DNA of 64,000 nucleotides from an uncultured archaeon (GTDB lineage Archaea; Thermoproteota; Nitrososphaeria; Nitrososphaerales; Gagatemarchaeaceae): NCBI GenBank assembly GCA_963817525.1, contig CAWFOU010000007.1, positions 128,001 through 192,000 on the forward strand. The letters run 5' to 3'. A model generated the notes under the pieces. It searched no databases, was not told the DNA's origin, and saw only the letters and a program-made list of their open reading frames with translations. Each line of letters starts with the position of its first letter. The stretch's first letter is position 1. Both the position numbers and the translations under genes were made by a program. Positions 10,141-19,968 of the stretch are shown here, piece after piece.

Positions 10141-10510
10141 CTGAACTGAAGCGGTCCCTCTTGGGAATATGAGAGCCAAACTCTACACTACGCGCCCCGC
10201 CTCTTCGGGCTTGGTCGTGAAGCAGCCGTATTCCAGCGACGTCAGCATGTTGTAGAAGGGAACCCTCCCCTGCCCGTAAAGAGCATCCCGAACCCCTTGT
10301 CTACGCGCTCGATGAAGGCCTTCTCCTGGTCTTTCTTTCGACTTCATGACGGGGTCGCGTATATGGCTCATCAGCCATAACAAACCTAAAGAGAAGAAAG
10401 GAAGCTATGCGCGATAGCCCACACCAGCACCGGCAGGGGTGAAGAGTTCCTCGATGCGCTGCGGGGACCGGCCGAGCGTCCCGATCCGGGCGCGCCAGGC
10501 GACATTTGAG

Positions 10511-10780
10511 ATGAAATATCGAAGCAGGGTCGCGATCGCTTCCAACATCCTGCAGGTGGCTCGAGCGGGGAACGCGACCAAGACCAGGCTGATGTACGGG
10601 TCGTTCCTCTCCTTCGCCCAAATCAACGAGTACCTGGACTTCCTGCAGCTTAACGGACTCATCGTCCTGAGCGGAGAGACCCGCGTATACGCCCTCACCG
10701 AGAAGGGCCTGCGCTTCCTTCGCATCTATGACGAGCTGAGCGCTTTGGTCCCGTTCGACGGGCCCGTCCCGCCCGTCTGA
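10511..10780 (+). CDS. Winged-helix regulator (HTH_45/DUF4364-like)
   Basis: MKYRSRVAIASNIL...TKTRLMYGSFLSFAQINEYL...YALTEKG. Confidence 0.85.
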   Translation: MKYRSRVAIASNILQVARAGNATKTRLMYGSFLSFAQINEYLDFLQLNGLIVLSGETRVYALTEKGLRFLRIYDELSALVPFDGPVPPV

Positions 10781-11389
10781 GCCCTTAATGTGGCGTCGCT
10801 GATGACGCGACTACCTGCTTCCGTCGGGCTTCACAGCTTGTCGATGGTCGAGGAAGGTATCGACCCCTTCTGGCCTATGGCCTCGACGATCTAGTTCACT
10901 TTACCTCTGCCCCACGTCATCCTCTATTTGATGTCCCCAGAACAGCGGAGAAAAGGAGAGGGTAGGCGACCTTGAAGGCTCGTCGAGGACAACCCGGCAA
11001 CTTACACGAGTGATTCCGGAAATCTGATTGCCGACCAGCAGTTCGATCGGAGAGTCGAGAGCGGGGGGAGGACCAAGTATCAGTCACTGCAAGAGAGAGG
11101 AAGTCTGGCAAAAGCGGTCCAAAAAAAACAATAAGGCAGATAAGAAAGATATCCGCATTCATGTGAGGGCTCCAGGATGGCTCTTCGCCTTCCTGCTGAT
11201 GCGGAGGGGTGGGCACGGCTCGTTATTAGCCTAGCGACTCGACCGGGGTAGCAGCTCGCCACGCTCCGCTTTTACCGCATGCATTCGATAAGCGCTCCAC
11301 CTATGGTGGGCGTATTCTGACGATTCAACGGAAGCGGAGCATGCCACACTCAACGGGCAAAGCTCTCGGAGCTTGCGCTCCGCGCTCAG

Positions 11390-12660
11390 CGGATATAGAG
11401 TGGTCAGGCGTGCTGCCCTGTCCCGACTGTCGCGCTAGGCTACGCCGCCACCTCCTCTCTCGAGGCCTTCGAGCTTCTTGTTCGTGAGCGCTTCGTTCTC
11501 CCACCTCCAGTGCTCCCTCGTCTTCAGGACGTGGTAGGTCATCCGGAGCAGCTTCTTCATCGCGAGGACGTGGGCTCGCTTGCCGCTCTTTGTCCTCTCC
11601 TTCTGGTGGACGTAGTACCGGTGGAGGTGGGGGTTCCAGTGCATGACCGTGTCGGTCATGATCCCGAGGGTCCACCTGGCTATCGACGGGCCGTCCTTGG
11701 ACATCCTGCCTCTCCTCTTCACGTTCGCGCTGTCGCGCGTCTCCGGTATGATCCCGAAGAAGCTCGCCAGGTGGTCGACCGTCGGGAAGCGGTTGACGTC
11801 CCTGACGTACGAGGAGAAGAGCGCAGCGAGATAGTAGTCCACCCCGGGGATCGTCATGAGGAGCTTCACGTCCTCGTTGTCCTTTACGAGCGCCTTGGTC
11901 CTCTCCTCGAGCGGAGCGCATCTCTCCTCGTAGAACGCGATCTTCTCCATCATCGTCTTCAGGACGAGGTCCCTGTCGTCGCCGAACCTGATCGACCTGA
12001 TCGCCTCCCTCCTCGCGGCGCTGAAGTTGTTGTTCGCCTTCGGGAGCGTCGCGTAGACGTCCTCTCTCTTGAGGTAGCTGATCGCCGAGCTCTTCGTCCT
12101 CGCGATCTCCACGCCGAGCTTCACCCGCTGAATCAGGAGGCCCCTCAGGGTCTGTTCCTCCCTCGTGAGGAGGTGCGACTCTGGCAGCATGTCCATGAAG
12201 AGTAGCCTCGCGATCTTCTCGGAGTCTGCCCTGTCGTTCTTCTTCTTGGACCTCACGATGAGCGCGAGCTCCTTCGGGTGGGCGACCGTGATGTTCTGAT
12301 ATCCCATCGCCCGCAGCCTCCTGTTGACGGGATAGGCCATCGTGCTCGCCTCGTACCCGATCCTCGCGTCCTTCGGTATCCTGCTGGAGAAGAGGGCGTA
12401 GCCCGCGTCGTCCATGGAGAAGTTGAACCTCTCCGATATCTCGCCCAGGACGGAGTACATCGTCGCGACGCTGAACTCTTCGCCCAGGTCCAGTCCTACG
12501 GCAGGTGTCCTCGGAACGCTCAGTTGGCTCATTGCCCTTCGAACTGTCCTCGTGTCGTTTTTCTCTTTCTTCGTTGTCATTCTCTTCACCCTGACGCAGT
12601 AGCGACTCCCGTCCTGACGGGAGTCGCGGGCGAAGAGCCATCCGGAGGAGAGCCCTCACA
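11390..12660 (-). mobile_element. IS110-family insertion sequence (ends approximate)
   Basis: IS110 transposase plus upstream non-coding region with a strong hairpin; higher GC than the surrounding island. Confidence 0.75.
11435..12589 (-). CDS. IS110-family transposase (DEDD RuvC-like + Tnp20 domain)
   Basis: VGLDLG, GYEAST, KKNDRADS, LMTIPGV, FGIIPETRDSA, AMKKLLRMTYHVL. Confidence 0.95.
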   Translation of the reverse strand: MKRMTTKKEKNDTRTVRRAMSQLSVPRTPAVGLDLGEEFSVATMYSVLGEISERFNFSMDDAGYALFSSRIPKDARIGYEASTMAYPVNRRLRAMGYQNITVAHPKELALIVRSKKKNDRADSEKIARLLFMDMLPESHLLTREEQTLRGLLIQRVKLGVEIARTKSSAISYLKREDVYATLPKANNNFSAARREAIRSIRFGDDRDLVLKTMMEKIAFYEERCAPLEERTKALVKDNEDVKLLMTIPGVDYYLAALFSSYVRDVNRFPTVDHLASFFGIIPETRDSANVKRRGRMSKDGPSIARWTLGIMTDTVMHWNPHLHRYYVHQKERTKSGKRAHVLAMKKLLRMTYHVLKTREHWRWENEALTNKKLEGLERGGGGVA

Positions 12661-13011
12661 ATTCAGTCAACGGTATCAGAAGAGCGGCTGGATTAGGACG
12701 ACGGTGTCAACGATTCGCATGGGAACCCGGCCTTTACTTCTCCATCGTCCTGAAGAGGTACTCCTCGGCGTCCCCGTCCACGTGACCATTCAGCTTGCCC
12801 TGCAGTTGTTCACTCAACTTCAAGGCCAGCCTCTCGAGCTCGGCCCTTCACGGCTTCCTCTTCTCTTCCTGCTTAGGTTCCATGCCCTTGGCCTCCCGAC
12901 CTGGTCCCGTCCTGATAAGGTTGCCGCGCTCGGGTTTGGTTCTGTCCCGTTGACGGGCGATCCGCGAGCGTATCCCAAACTGGGTGATTTCGCCTTTGTC
13001 GTGGTCAGCCT

Positions 13012-13380
13012 TCAGTCGTCTTTCGGAGGGTCGATGAAGGTGTAAAGGGCGCTCATTCGCCCTCCGGTGACGACACCCACGTCCATCCCCGTAATATTCA
13101 TCGGTTCGCTCGGTGGCCCAAATGCCCACGAAAAGCGCCCGACGCCGTGAAACGCTTGTATCGGACCGAGTAAAGTAAAGAGATATCCGGGGAACTGATC
13201 ATGGAGGCTTGCGGCCGTCTCATCCAATTCTGCTTGGCCGTGATGAGGCCCGTCAAGATCGATGAAGACCCCGTCAGCAGTCCAGATATTCGCGATAGCG
13301 GCACGGCGTTTTTCTGCGTCACGCTCGTTGAACACCGTGTAGAGGTTCCGTTTGAGCAGGCTTTCTGTCATCTCTGGCAT
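13012..13380 (-). CDS. SnoaL-like / NTF2-family protein
   Basis: VFNERDAEKRRAAIANIWTADGVFID...WAFGPP...TGMDV. Confidence 0.85.
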   Translation of the reverse strand: MPEMTESLLKRNLYTVFNERDAEKRRAAIANIWTADGVFIDLDGPHHGQAELDETAASLHDQFPGYLFTLLGPIQAFHGVGRFSWAFGPPSEPMNITGMDVGVVTGGRMSALYTFIDPPKDD

Positions 13381-13584
13381 ATGAGTATCTCTTAGTAAAC
13401 ACGGGCTTCTATTTTAGCTGTCAAAAACCTGACGGACTGTAGTTGCAGAGGACTATCTCTTCGCCCCGTGACCGGCAGTTCGATGGCGTCCGCTCGCGCC
13501 AGGTCTTCATGTGCCGTACGCAAAAAGAGAAAAAGATGGAATACGGCTTCAAAGGCCTGGTCAGCATTTAACGCGGGTCGGGCA

Positions 13585-13723
13585 GGTTGCCATTCTCGGG
13601 ACGGCTTTTGGCAACCCTGCAGTCCAAATGGCAACCCTGGATGGCGATTTGGCAACCTCCTGCCTCGGTTTTGGCAACCCCAGGACAGGTTTTGGCAACC
13701 TTCGACCCGTAATTTGGCAACCC
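13585..13723. repeat. Iteron-like array: six direct TGGCAACC copies at 20-22 bp period plus one inverted copy
   Basis: GGCAACC starts at 13610, 13630, 13651, 13673, 13694, 13716; GGTTGCCA at 13585-13592. Confidence 0.9.
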
Positions 13724-14542
13724 TGCTCTGCCGCGCTGCCAAAGCCGCGAGCCGCGGGAGGCGGAGTCTGCCGGGCTCTTGAGGTCGGCAGGATGTCGGT
13801 ATAGACCTGGAAATCGGTCCAAAAAACACACAAGGGGGAGGGAATTAACTAACCCGCAACTCTCTACCTGCGCTCACATACGGCTACTGCGTCTCGATTC
13901 GATGTATTGGCAGCTTGGACGGAGGACGCTTCGGGCATGAGCTCGAGCAGGGTGGCCGACGGGACGAAGAGGTCTTTCAGGTCCGATGTAGAAGACGTAC
14001 TCGTTCGCTCTTTCGTATCGGGGGTCTTTGCTGTCCATGTGGGCGAATTAGGACGGCGGTGTCAAAGGTCTGCATTGGAGGAACCCGGCCGTCGCTTCCT
14101 GAAGAGGAGCTTCTCCGCATCCATTCTTCGTCCTGTCCAGGACGCGCATGCAGCGCCCTCCGACCACCCGGGGCTGTTTGATATTGGCGCGTCTACGGAT
14201 CTCCTAACGCGGGCGTGAGTGGTGAGGTAAATGTTCGGGGTGGTCGCGGCTCAGAATCATTGCCTCTAGGCACGAAGTAGCAATCGCGCAGCTCTGCCGC
14301 TTGGGCATAGCCGAAGCTACCCTGCTTCTCGGACGGCACACTCCTACTGGAGCGGGCCTCTGTTTTTTTGGGGGGGGTTGCTTTGGATAGCGGTCGAGAA
14401 GTACGCGGGGATATTTAACGCGGGCAGAGCGCGGCGGTTCCTGTCGCGCTTTCCATGACCTGGACACACTCGAGCCCAAAACACCCGGACGTCGCGAGCC
14501 GGTCAGGGCCGGGCCATGACGAAAAGGCGCGGGTGCCGATGG

Positions 14543-14650
14543 CAAAGTGGACATTCGGGTCGAAAGTGGACATCCAGAAGGGTTCTGAGGCTGAATAGTG
14601 ACATCGAAAAGGGGCGAAGGGTGACATTTCTGGTTCGAATGGTGACATCG
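14543..14650. repeat. Second short-motif array (GTGACAT/GTGGACAT x5)
   Basis: GACAT at 14550, 14569, 14600, 14623, 14644 with A/G-rich 5' context. Confidence 0.65.
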
Positions 14651-14741
14651 CAGGTCCACCTTGACCCCAGAGGGGCCCCTGGCGTGTCGAGTTTCGAAGA
14701 GTACGTGGGTCCCTAGGAGCACCGGACATTCGGATCGATGC

Positions 14742-14869
14742 TAATGCTCCACCCTGGAACATTAGCGCGTTTGGGCTAATGCTCCACCCTGGAACATTAT
14801 TGCACTTGGAGTAATGCACAACCCTTGTGCATTGTGGCTTTTGGGCTAATGCACAACCCTTGTGCATTA
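14742..14869. repeat. Four 23-bp palindromic repeats at exact 35-bp period
   Basis: TAATGCTCCACCCTGGAACATTA x2 (14742, 14777) and TAATGCACAACCCTTGTGCATT(G/A) x2 (14812, 14847), separated by 12-bp spacers. Confidence 0.92.
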
Positions 14870-15060
14870 ACCAGTCCGGGAGACCGTGATATCCAGGTCA
14901 GAGACGCAATCAGGCCCTAAGGATCATTTTCGCGGTTCTCGCCGTTCAGTCGCGGACGTTACCTCCTCTGGAGGTCCCGTGACCCGCTGGGCTTTCATCG
15001 AGCCGCACTCGAATAGTGATGGCGGGCTATTTATTTCAATATCTGGTATCCTGTTCCAGG

Positions 15061-15357
15061 TTAGTCGGTCCTGGATGACTGGTACTTCGACGCCCAGTCC
15101 ATGAGCTCGTGCATCTCGTTTTCCACATTGAACTTGTATGCCTGCGCGTTCCCTATCTTGCGCGTCGGCTCCATGACCTTCCTCTCGACGAACTTGTTCA
15201 CGACCTTCTGGACGGTCTTGAAGCTCATGCCGGTCGATTCTCCGAGCATGGATATCGTCTGCTCCATGTTGCCGACCAGCAGACTCTGGTCCAGGACTCT
15301 GGCTTGCGCGCTCCCAAATATCGAAAAGAATGGTCCTGATGACTCGTACTTTGACAT
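15061..15357 (-). CDS. Small winged-helix DNA-binding protein
   Basis: IFGSAQARVLD...TISMLGESTGMSFKTVQKVV...TRKIGNAQAYKFN. Confidence 0.8.
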   Translation of the reverse strand: MSKYESSGPFFSIFGSAQARVLDQSLLVGNMEQTISMLGESTGMSFKTVQKVVNKFVERKVMEPTRKIGNAQAYKFNVENEMHELMDWASKYQSSRTD

Positions 15358-15554
15358 CTTTCTGCCTCTACAGGCGTTATTGAGAGCCGCACATTTTTAA
15401 GATTTGCCTAAATTCCATTGTTATTGGAAATATGTCCGCTGTTGAGAGGAGCCGCTCTGTGTTGCGCGGTGCAAACAAAAAGTCGCTAGAGGGACAGCAC
15501 CACAGCGCTCAGGCAAGAATATTTATATATAGTTATATAACTCACACGAGCGCC

Positions 15555-15854
15555 TTGCTGAAGAGCGACTCTGTGCGGGGACGTAGACCGGATAGTGCCT
15601 CGCATTCACCTACGCTCGATAGTATTCTGATGGTTGAAGCAGCCATAAAGCAGAGCAATACCCCGCCCTCGAAGGTTCAGCTCTGGCGTTCCCTCCCCAG
15701 GAGGATGATGTACCAGACGTTCCAGAGCATCGTGCAGTACCTGGAGGCATCGAATAAGATCATATTCGATGGAAGGAGGAGGATAGTCTGGGTTGCCGTC
15801 GACAATCCCAAGCTAGAGGCACTAATCAGGACCGGCGTGCGCCTCCGAGGCTAG
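15555..15854 (+). CDS. Small winged-helix-like protein (paralog of 7589-7885)
   Basis: HSPTLDSILMVEAAIK...LWRSLPRRMMYQTFQSIVQYLE; TATA-rich TTTATATATAGTTATATAA just upstream of TTG 15555. Confidence 0.75.
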   Translation: MLKSDSVRGRRPDSASHSPTLDSILMVEAAIKQSNTPPSKVQLWRSLPRRMMYQTFQSIVQYLEASNKIIFDGRRRIVWVAVDNPKLEALIRTGVRLRG

Positions 15855-15867
15855 ACAGAGAAACACT

Positions 15868-16218
15868 TCAGACGTCGTACCCGAACTTCTTGGCGTAGTC
15901 CTTGTGGGTCTGGAAGAAATCAATCACTCTCACTATTCCTCTCCCGTCACGATTCAGAATCACAGTGTATGAGATCCTCGCGCCTTTCGTGAGGTTGGCC
16001 TTGTAGACGTTCCCCAACCCCATCCGCTTGTATTCCTCTGGCCACCTGTCCTTCGGGACGAAGGCGCCTGCTTTGAGCGGGGCCCTCTCCAGGCTTTCAA
16101 CCAGCGAATCAATCGACTTCTTCATTTCCTCGCCTTCGTTCAGCGACCGATAGTATTCCCGGAACTCAGCGGGCACCGTGACCTCGAAGGTCTTCTCTTT
16201 CGGAGACTTCCGACTCAT
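15868..16218 (-). CDS. RelE/ParE-like toxin-fold protein (paralog of 7890-8216)
   Basis: AGAFVPKDRWPEEYKRMGLGNVYKANLTKGARISYTV...THKDYAKKFGY. Confidence 0.65.
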   Translation of the reverse strand: MSRKSPKEKTFEVTVPAEFREYYRSLNEGEEMKKSIDSLVESLERAPLKAGAFVPKDRWPEEYKRMGLGNVYKANLTKGARISYTVILNRDGRGIVRVIDFFQTHKDYAKKFGYDV

Positions 16219-16521
16219 TTCGCAGCCACGCTCGGGGCCTTATTCACGCCTGCCCACGATGGAGTGGATCGTTCGAGTTAAACACCCCTGTTCCGCCCAA
16301 TTTTTTGCCTCATCTTCCCGTAGAGCTTCATCGCGCCGTCCCTGCCGGACCCTCCCGGGCAGAACAGGTCTATCACGACCTAGACGGGTTCGGCCAAGGT
16401 GAATTCTCCCTTCCTCCGCGCGGTATCTAGAATCAGCTCGGAAAATGATCACAGCCTGTAGCGTTGTGAATCTCAGGCTCGCGTTAAGAGCTTCTCGCCG
16501 CACACTCTGACGAACCGGAAG

Positions 16522-16740
16522 ATGACGCTCGAAAATGACGCGGTCGACATGCGCGCATTCAAGGAGCGCCTGAGGGAGAAGCTGCCCCCTGACAGCCCCT
16601 TGCTGGCCGACCTGCTCGCTGAGCCAGACTCGATGCCCGTCGGGAAGGCCGAGGTCCTGGTCCCTCACTATCTGCAGCGGCTGGAAAGAGAACTCGAGGG
16701 CAAGGGAGCGTCGAGAGGACCGCTCCTCAGGCGCGCGTGA
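16522..16740 (+). CDS. Small protein convergent with the integrase (possible directionality/regulatory factor)
   Basis: 72-aa ORF with GC-rich coding pattern like the integrase, ending 5 bp from the integrase stop. Confidence 0.55.
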   Translation: MTLENDAVDMRAFKERLREKLPPDSPLLADLLAEPDSMPVGKAEVLVPHYLQRLERELEGKGASRGPLLRRA

Positions 16741-16745
16741 GTCTC

Positions 16746-18079
16746 TTAGGCTGTCCTCAGCCCTATCACGGCCCTTCCGTCGGGCAGGTCCCGCTTGTAG
16801 TCCCACCCCTGCTCTATCCAGCGCTCGAGCTCCGCGACGGGCACGACCTTCTGCGTCCCCTCCTTCAGCCCGAGCATCTGCTTCGACTTTGCGTGGATGA
16901 GCTGCTGGAGCTGCTCCATCGTGATCCGGGTGATGTCGCCGACCCCCAAGAGCTCCTCGTCCGTGTAGCCGAACATCTTGAGCGCCTCGGTCCGCGCGGT
17001 GTTCACGACTTCGTCCCTGCTTATGCTCGCCTGGACCAGGGTCGCCAAGTGCTTCTCCGAGGCCTTTGCGTATGCCTGCCTCATACCCTCCAGCAGGTCC
17101 TCGGGGAGGTGTCCCTTGTTGAGCGTGTAGACATGCTCGATGTCCCCGGTGTGCCCCATCCAGAACACGCGGTAGTCCTTGATCACCTTTCCCTCCTGCT
17201 CGGCGCCCATCATCCTCGTGTCGAAGTACCTCCGCAGGACGTATGGCCTCCAGTCGAACCCCGCGGTCCTGATGGCGTGCCTTACCGCGTCGCATACGTT
17301 GCACACCCTCACGAACCTGCCGATGTAACGGGGGTTGAACTGGTTGGCCGTGAGCAACGGGGAGGCCCCGTCGATCTTCTCCTTCAGGATGTGCATCCTC
17401 CACTCCAGGTACTGCTTCACGTAGCCGCACCCCTGTTCGGGCAGGAAGGAGATGTACTGCCTCCCCGTCTTGGATATCGTCCTCCTGACGACCACAATGG
17501 CGGGCACCTTCAGGAACTCGACCTTCTCCTCTCCTGCGTCGCCCTTTCGTATGGTCATCTCGGGCAGGTCTGACACCCTCAGGCCGTCGTGTTCGCGTCC
17601 CTGTTCCCCAGCACCCCCGGCCTCACGCCGGAGAACGCCATGAGGGCGCAGGCGACCCTCTTCTGGAGGTCAGCGTGCTCGAAGATCGAGTGAAGCTCCT
17701 GGTGGGAGGGGACGCGCTCGTTGTCGTACACCCCCACGTCCCTGGCGAGCCTCACCTGCCTCGTCACCTCGAGGTCGTTGAAGCGCCACCACCCCTTCAG
17801 CTGCTTGACGCACCCGGCGATGGTCGAGCTCCTGTTGCCGTCGCTCTCCAGGCGGGAGACCACCCTGAACAGGAAGGCCCCGGCCTCTCCCTTGGACATG
17901 ACGGCCAGGTCCCTCTGCGTGACCTGGAGCAGCATGCAGACCCTCCCGACCCTGCGCAAGGTCACCTCGGCGTTCACCTTGCTCCCCCTCGCGATGTTCT
18001 CTATCCACGAGGCGAAGGCTTCATCTTCCAGCAGGTGTCTGTACTTGCTGTTCGGGAACAGCTGCGGCTTGGGGGTCAC
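16746..18079 (-). pseudogene. Tyrosine site-specific integrase, frameshifted near 17590
   Basis: ALMAFSGVRP (R) in 5' ORF; RPYVLRRYF, WMGHTGDIEHVY (R/H/Y) in 3' ORF; GAC GCG AAC AC GAC GGC CTG carries an apparent extra AC that breaks the frame before DGLRVSDLPE. Confidence 0.85.
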
Positions 18080-18138
18080 GCCATTCCGGGGAATTTCTCC
18101 TAATAACGGCGGGGCTTCGACTCGTGCGGGCAGGCGTA

Positions 18139-18151
18139 CCGTCGGGCCCGC
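18139..18151 (+). repeat. attR of the integrative element (copy of tRNA-Lys 3' end)
   Basis: CCGTCGGGCCCGC identical to 3232-3244, ~60 bp upstream of the integrase start. Confidence 0.85.
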
Positions 18152-18417
18152 TAATTAACCCCATTCTGAGCTTTGTTTCGTCAGAAGGGGCGGAATGCAG
18201 GGATGCGGCGTTGACCTAGACTGTTTCAGGGAATTGTCGAAGGTCGCCTTCGCGTCACCAAGATTGCGCCGGCGAGGACCAGTAGGCGGAGGCGCAATCA
18301 TCGTAAGGGACGGCGAGGTGCAGGCCGGACAACCTCCAGATTCAGGCGCAATCTTTCGCCAGATTCAAGCCTGAAATCGTCTCTCTTTGGGCGAGTTCTT
18401 TCTGATCCGTGGGTATA

Positions 18418-19119
18418 CTACCGAGGGGGTTCGACGACGAAGGTAACGTACACGTATTGATTCCAATCGTCCCAGGCCAGGATTGTGTACTCGCCGGGAG
18501 AGAAGGGCACGAGAGTCCCGCTACCGGTATCATAGTAGCCAACCAGCCCCGGATTCTCGCAGCCGCAAGTCTGCTGCCTGTAAGAGAGGATTGTGGTCAC
18601 GTTGAGCCGGCTGGGAACGAGCCCTGAGATCGTTCCGAAATCGGTTTCGTTTGCTTTTGTCTGCGAGGCGCCCGGAAAGAAGGTGACTTGCGTAGGGTCA
18701 GTGGGACCACCACAATAAAGGACCACGGGCACCGCCAGTTGCAAGGGCGACCCCGCCGATGAGATGTTCCCAGCTGTGAAGTGCCCTGGGAAGACTGCAT
18801 AGCCCATGAAGTCCCAAAAGCCGCAGACGCTGATGTAACTGATCCAAGTCGTGAGGTTCTGACTCTGAGCGACCGAGACCGAGAGTGTGACGTTTCGGTC
18901 CGACTTGTTCACCACCGTCACCCGCCCGGTGATCGACCCGTTGAATCTCATGGCCGTGGCATTCAGCGTCAGGTCCAGCTGTAGGCCTTTCGCCGAGACC
19001 GGCGAGGCGAAGACCAGGGGTCCTCCGCCCTGAGTGCTCGAAGGCAATGCGACCAGGCCCAAGACCCCTATGATAATCCCTGCCTGCACGACCCAGAATG
19101 CCCCCTCCTTGCGCTTCAT
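18418..19119 (-). CDS. Membrane-anchored extracellular protein (shares a domain with 20519-21802)
   Basis: N-terminal TM; GLQLDLTLNAT...GEYTILAWDDWNQ. Confidence 0.75.
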   Translation of the reverse strand: MKRKEGAFWVVQAGIIIGVLGLVALPSSTQGGGPLVFASPVSAKGLQLDLTLNATAMRFNGSITGRVTVVNKSDRNVTLSVSVAQSQNLTTWISYISVCGFWDFMGYAVFPGHFTAGNISSAGSPLQLAVPVVLYCGGPTDPTQVTFFPGASQTKANETDFGTISGLVPSRLNVTTILSYRQQTCGCENPGLVGYYDTGSGTLVPFSPGEYTILAWDDWNQYVYVTFVVEPPR

Positions 19120-19321
19120 TCGACTTTTGGAGGGGTCGGACTGCTATAACCCATGTGGAACGCTGGTCGCGTTCGAGGCATTCGTCGGATCCCCTCATCC
19201 CGAAAGAGTTTGGAGCGCTGCGGATCTTTCCTGATAGCTGGATAGCTCACCTCAGGTTTTAAGCTGCCCTAATGGCCGAAGGCGCCGAGGGCGCAACGCG
19301 CCTTCCAGTGCGGCGTCGCAC

Positions 19322-19960
19322 TTACGGGAATGCGAACTGAGCCAAGATTACTGTAGTGTTTGTTGGGGGTGGCTGATGGGGCGCACCGGTGTCTTCCGTC
19401 CAGCTGAAGTTGAGATTTACGGCGACGCTCCCTGGTTGCGCCAGTCGGTAAACGAATTGGTCACCGGAAGCGGGAGAGAATAGCGTGAAATTCTGGTCAT
19501 GACCCAGGTCGATCTCTGCAGCAACAATCCCGGGGCAATTGCAACCCTCTGTGAGGAGAGAGGGATTTGGAATGACGTTAGAGTTGAGGACATAGGATTC
19601 AAAGGATATCGTGGAGTTGCCGATGTTCTTGACGGTTACGAAGAACATCACGTCTCCGCCGTTGAAACCTGTCGCTTCGACGGAGAGCACCTGTAAGGTC
19701 CCGATCGGACCATAGGTGAACACGCCGCAGGTGATGTTTGCGAGGGCGTAGGAGGTGTTGTCAGGTGCGGAAGGGAAGGGGGAGATGCGACCGACGGGAC
19801 AGGCGCCAGTCATCAGGCTGGTCGATGTAATAGTGGAGGTGCTGACGGAGGTGACTGTCTCCGTTGCTCTGGTGCTGTTTCCGGACAAGTAGCCGATGCC
19901 GAGGCTCGCCACGAGCAAGATTACGACCATTACCCCGACCGCTTGTCTCCCCATTTTCAT
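19322..19960 (-). CDS. Membrane-anchored extracellular protein
   Basis: N-terminal TM, Thr/Ser linker, beta-rich domain with VTVKNIG and Cys pairs. Confidence 0.7.
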   Translation of the reverse strand: MKMGRQAVGVMVVILLVASLGIGYLSGNSTRATETVTSVSTSTITSTSLMTGACPVGRISPFPSAPDNTSYALANITCGVFTYGPIGTLQVLSVEATGFNGGDVMFFVTVKNIGNSTISFESYVLNSNVIPNPSLLTEGCNCPGIVAAEIDLGHDQNFTLFSPASGDQFVYRLAQPGSVAVNLNFSWTEDTGAPHQPPPTNTTVILAQFAFP

Positions 19961-19968
19961 TCTTTCGG

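Larger units (their letters stand above)
3232..18151. mobile_element. ~15 kb integrative element inserted at the 3' end of tRNA-Lys
   Basis: 13-bp direct repeat CCGTCGGGCCCGC at 3232-3244 (tRNA) and 18139-18151, next to the start of a tyrosine integrase; much of the cargo is visibly lower in GC than the flanks. Confidence 0.85.

Noticed and set aside
12733-12882. Small ORF with internal TGA (possible selenocysteine)
   Set aside because: No Cys/redox context or recognisable SECIS; more likely a decayed small gene in the island.
13585-13723. CRISPR array or coding repeat (ORFs 13392-13833 in several frames)
   Set aside because: The conserved unit is only ~8-11 bp with a 20-22 bp period that is not a constant multiple of 3; the overlapping ORFs are likely artefacts.
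14742-14869. Mini CRISPR array
   Set aside because: Spacers are only 12 bp and resemble each other, the repeats come in two variants, and no cas genes are in the window.
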